Shown: positions 60,770 through 64,000 of the stretch, piece after piece
Layout: each line of letters opens with the position of its first letter
Numbering within the stretch: the first letter of the stretch is position 1
Source: Octopus sinensis
Lineage: Eukaryota
Direction: 5' to 3'
NCBI RefSeq assembly: GCF_006345805.1
Contig: NC_043000.1
Span: 62,868,001 to 62,932,000, forward strand
Length of the DNA: 64,000 nt
Notes under the pieces: generated by a model
Seen by the model: the letters and a program-made list of their open reading frames with translations, nothing else
Told to the model about the DNA's origin: nothing
The model's database searches: none
Translations under genes and position numbers: made by a program

Positions 60770-62000
60770 CATTGTTGACCCAGGAGAGATTTGAACTCAG
60801 AACATGAATGACCGTAAAATTAGAACGTAAAGCGATGTAATAATAATCATTTCCGATATAGGAACAAGGTGTGAAATTTGGAAGCAAAGGATTAGTCGAT
60901 AACACTGACCCTTGTGCTAAACCGGTACTTATTTTACCGACCCCAAAAGGATGGCAGGCAACGTCGACTTTGGCGGAATTTGAAACCAGAATGTAAGGCC
61001 ATATCGTTAAGCATTTTCATCGGCATGCTAATAATTCTGTCAGCTCGCTGTCTTAAGCGCTATACTAACAAGGATATGAAACTTTTCATGTCGTTCTGGA
61101 CTTTTTTTAAAGAGAGGCTGCTGACATGAGATAATATTTTGAATTCCAAGAATAGTTGGGCATGACATACGATGAATGTCATACGTATAACATTCAAACT
61201 AACACGATTCAAATGTTACATAAAAAAAAACTTTACAAAGGAAATGAATATTCAATTAGATTGGTACAAATGTAAATGAAGAAGTTTAGGTATCTATCTC
61301 TGTGTCACCCTTTCTCTTCTACATGTATATGTATCCATACTGATACTAACTCCCATAATCTAATGGTTCATAAGGACGTCACCTAAGGTAATATTCTTAT
61401 TTCTTTATTGCCCACAAGCGGCTAAACATAGAGGGGACAGACAAAGGGATTAAGTCGATTACATCGACTCTAGTGCGTAACTTGTACTTAACTTATCGAC
61501 CCCGAAAGGATGAAAGGCAAAGTCGACCTCGGTGGAATTTGAACTCAGAACGTAACGGCAGACGAAATACCTATTTCTTTACTACCCACAAGGGGCTAAA
61601 CAAAGAAGGGACAAACAAAGACAGACAAACGGATTAAGTCGATTATATCGACTCCAGTGCGTAACTGGTACTTATTTAATCGACCCCGAAAGGATAAAAG
61701 GCAAAGTCGACCTCGGACGCGTGACAAAATATTACTAGGCAAGATTAGCAGAAAGGACAAAATTTTATATTAGTTTCAAATTTTGGCGCAAGGCCAGTAA
61801 TTACGGAGGAAGAGTAAGTCGATTACATCGACTCCAGTGCTCAACTAGTAGTTATTTTTGTCGACCCCAGTGCTCAGTAAGTACCAGTGCTCGATTGGTA
61901 GTTATTTTATCGACTCCAAAGCGATAAATGGCGAACGTAAAGACGGACGAAATGCCGCAAAAGTATATTGCCTGGCGTGCTAACGATTCTACCAGCTAAT
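60770..62000 (-). mobile_element. Cluster of SINE family B copies including a young tandem dimer (61396-61715)
   Basis: Five or more same-orientation copies. The dimer units carry the tail tgtcccctctatgtttagccccttgtggg. Confidence 0.8.
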
Positions 62001-62070
62001 CGCCTAATATTGAGATAGATCATGTTGTAAGTATGGTACATTGTGCCAGTCAGTCACTTTAATCGACTAA

Positions 62071-62114
<44 letters not shown>

Positions 62115-62317
62115 CTATCTATCTATCTATCTATCTATCTCTCTCTCTCCCTCTCTCTCTCTCTTCCACAAATTTCTTAGCATCGTACCTCTGTCACAAA
62201 CAGTTATTTGGATTTATTTACTTATATATTTTATGGGATAGGAATTCTAGTGCTTCATCAGTAGTAAAACTGATTGTTGCCATTGATAGGAAAAGAATTG
62301 AGAAAAAGTGGGGAGAA

Positions 62318-62444
<127 letters not shown>

Positions 62445-63419
62445 CTGAGTGTCTGAGTGCATGTAATAATGTGCTTGCGTTCTTACATGCACACGGTTAA
62501 AACAGAAGATATCCTAAACACATCATCCAAAACGAGCAAACAGGAAAATACCGCATGGTTTAATCTCTCATATTCAAAATATGCAAGCACTTTTATAGGC
62601 AAAACCTCCCTCCGTCTTGAAAGAACCCACTCCAACATCTCCCGAGGAAAATTTTTAATCTAAACTCACCAAGAAGAAGTTAACAAACTTCGCTAATACT
62701 TTGGTATTTATTAATGATAAGAGAATAATGAATAAGTCATACTACTAAAACGCGAAACAACAGAATAAAGAAATGCCATTGGCACTCTCTCATTATATGC
62801 CCAGTTATCAATAACTCCCTGGAAAAAATCAGTCATACCTGCAGCTACCGTCACATCTAACATTAACTTATGCAGTATTAATCATATACGAATCGCTGTT
62901 AATCTAAGGACAGACTATCAATATATCATAGTTGTAACTTTTCCCAGTAATTCAATAAACTGGGATATTTCTCCCAGTTAAATACCTTGCTTTCAAAACC
63001 CAGGGAGGAATAAAAATTGTTTCTTTTCACTTTAACCGCCATCAAGCCGTTTCAACAAACATATAAGCACGCACACGTACATCAAATCGTTCAACTGAAC
63101 ACTCTTTAAATGCCGTGCCTATGAGGCGCGGAGATCACGAACCTCTAAGTCAAAGGCTGGATATTTATTACCTTTTTTATATATATTTTGGTGTGGGAGT
63201 AGATACAGCAGTGATTTCCTGTTGCATTCTGTCACTTTACCGTATCTTCCGGCATACATTTCGATGTGCGGTAGAGTGTAAACATGTAATTTAAACATTC
63301 GAATATCGTCTATCTTTCTAAATCCTACTGCATTTCACATGGAATTTTTTGTCTTCCAAAGTCGTCTTGGTGTATGAATTGACCTGCCTTTTTGGCTCTA
63401 CGAATCGACCTACCTTTTT

Positions 63420-63757
63420 GGCTGAAAGAATCGACTGCAGTACTAATTTTTACGTATTTTACGTATTCTATCGGTTACTTTTGCCGAACCGCTATGTTAC
63501 GTGGTCAAAACATACCAACACTTATTGTCAAGCGGTGGAGCGGGAACAAACACATATACAAACACATGTGCATACACACATACATATATACGGCAGGCTT
63601 CTTACAGTTTCCAACTCCGTCTTCTAAATCCACTCACAAAGCTTTGGTTCGCCGAGGCTATAGTAGAAGATATTCAACCAAGATACCATGCAGTAGGGTT
63701 GAACCCGGTACTATGTAGTTGAGGAACAAACTTCTTGCCACATAGCCACACCTGCAC
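63420..63757 (-). mobile_element. SINE family A copy
   Basis: ctaaatccactcacaaagctttggttcgccgaggctatagtagaaga...gaacccggta. Confidence 0.75.
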
Positions 63758-64000
63758 ATCATCATCATCATAATTGTTTAACGTCCGTTTTCCATTCTGG
63801 CATGGGTTGGATGGTTTGACTGAGGTCTGGAGAGCCAGCGGCTGCTCCACCCTCCCATCCGATCTGGCAATGTTTCAACAGCTGGATGCCCTTTCTAACG
63901 CCAACCACTCCGAGAGTGTAGCGGGTGCTTTTTACGTGCCACCGCCACGGGAGCCACTCAGGAGGTACTGACATCGGCTACGTTCGTATGGTGCTTTTTA
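63758..64000 (-). mobile_element. Copy of the (GAT)n-tailed SINE-like repeat, running off the window end
   Basis: catcatcatcat...tttaacgtccgttttccattctggcatggg...gctggatgccctttctaacgccaaccactcc. Confidence 0.75.

Overview
AT-rich, repeat-dense animal genomic DNA. The SINE families and microsatellite load suggest an octopus or other coleoid cephalopod (inference). The only host gene I can support is an SLC4-family Na+-coupled bicarbonate transporter (SLC4A8/SLC4A10/NDCBE-like) on the minus strand. Three consecutive, phase-compatible N-terminal exons (55384-55253, 36472-36334, 5644-5484) are separated by 18,780-bp and 30,689-bp introns. The start exon and downstream exons were not found in the window. 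The introns are packed with transposable elements: a young 5'-truncated L1/Tx1 LINE with a perfect 19-bp TSD, two mariner remnants, three non-autonomous Helitrons, a long-TIR family with 8-bp TSDs, hAT MITEs, R4/Dong, HERO and CR1-like LINE remnants, Penelope pieces and many tRNA-derived SINEs. The most interesting observations are: (1) five hammerhead-ribozyme motifs in three Penelope-like families, including a 301-bp tandem retrozyme-like unit and a tRNA-headed hammerhead element present twice; (2) a ~40-nt 3' tail shared by the Tx1 LINE and an abundant SINE, suggesting a SINE-LINE partnership; (3) a compact NRF1/ETS/YY1 housekeeping-type promoter inside an SLC4 intron with a candidate antisense spliced transcript. 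Almost all ORFs in the supplied track are spurious microsatellite or repeat read-throughs. All homology calls are by eye and from memory; no searches were run.
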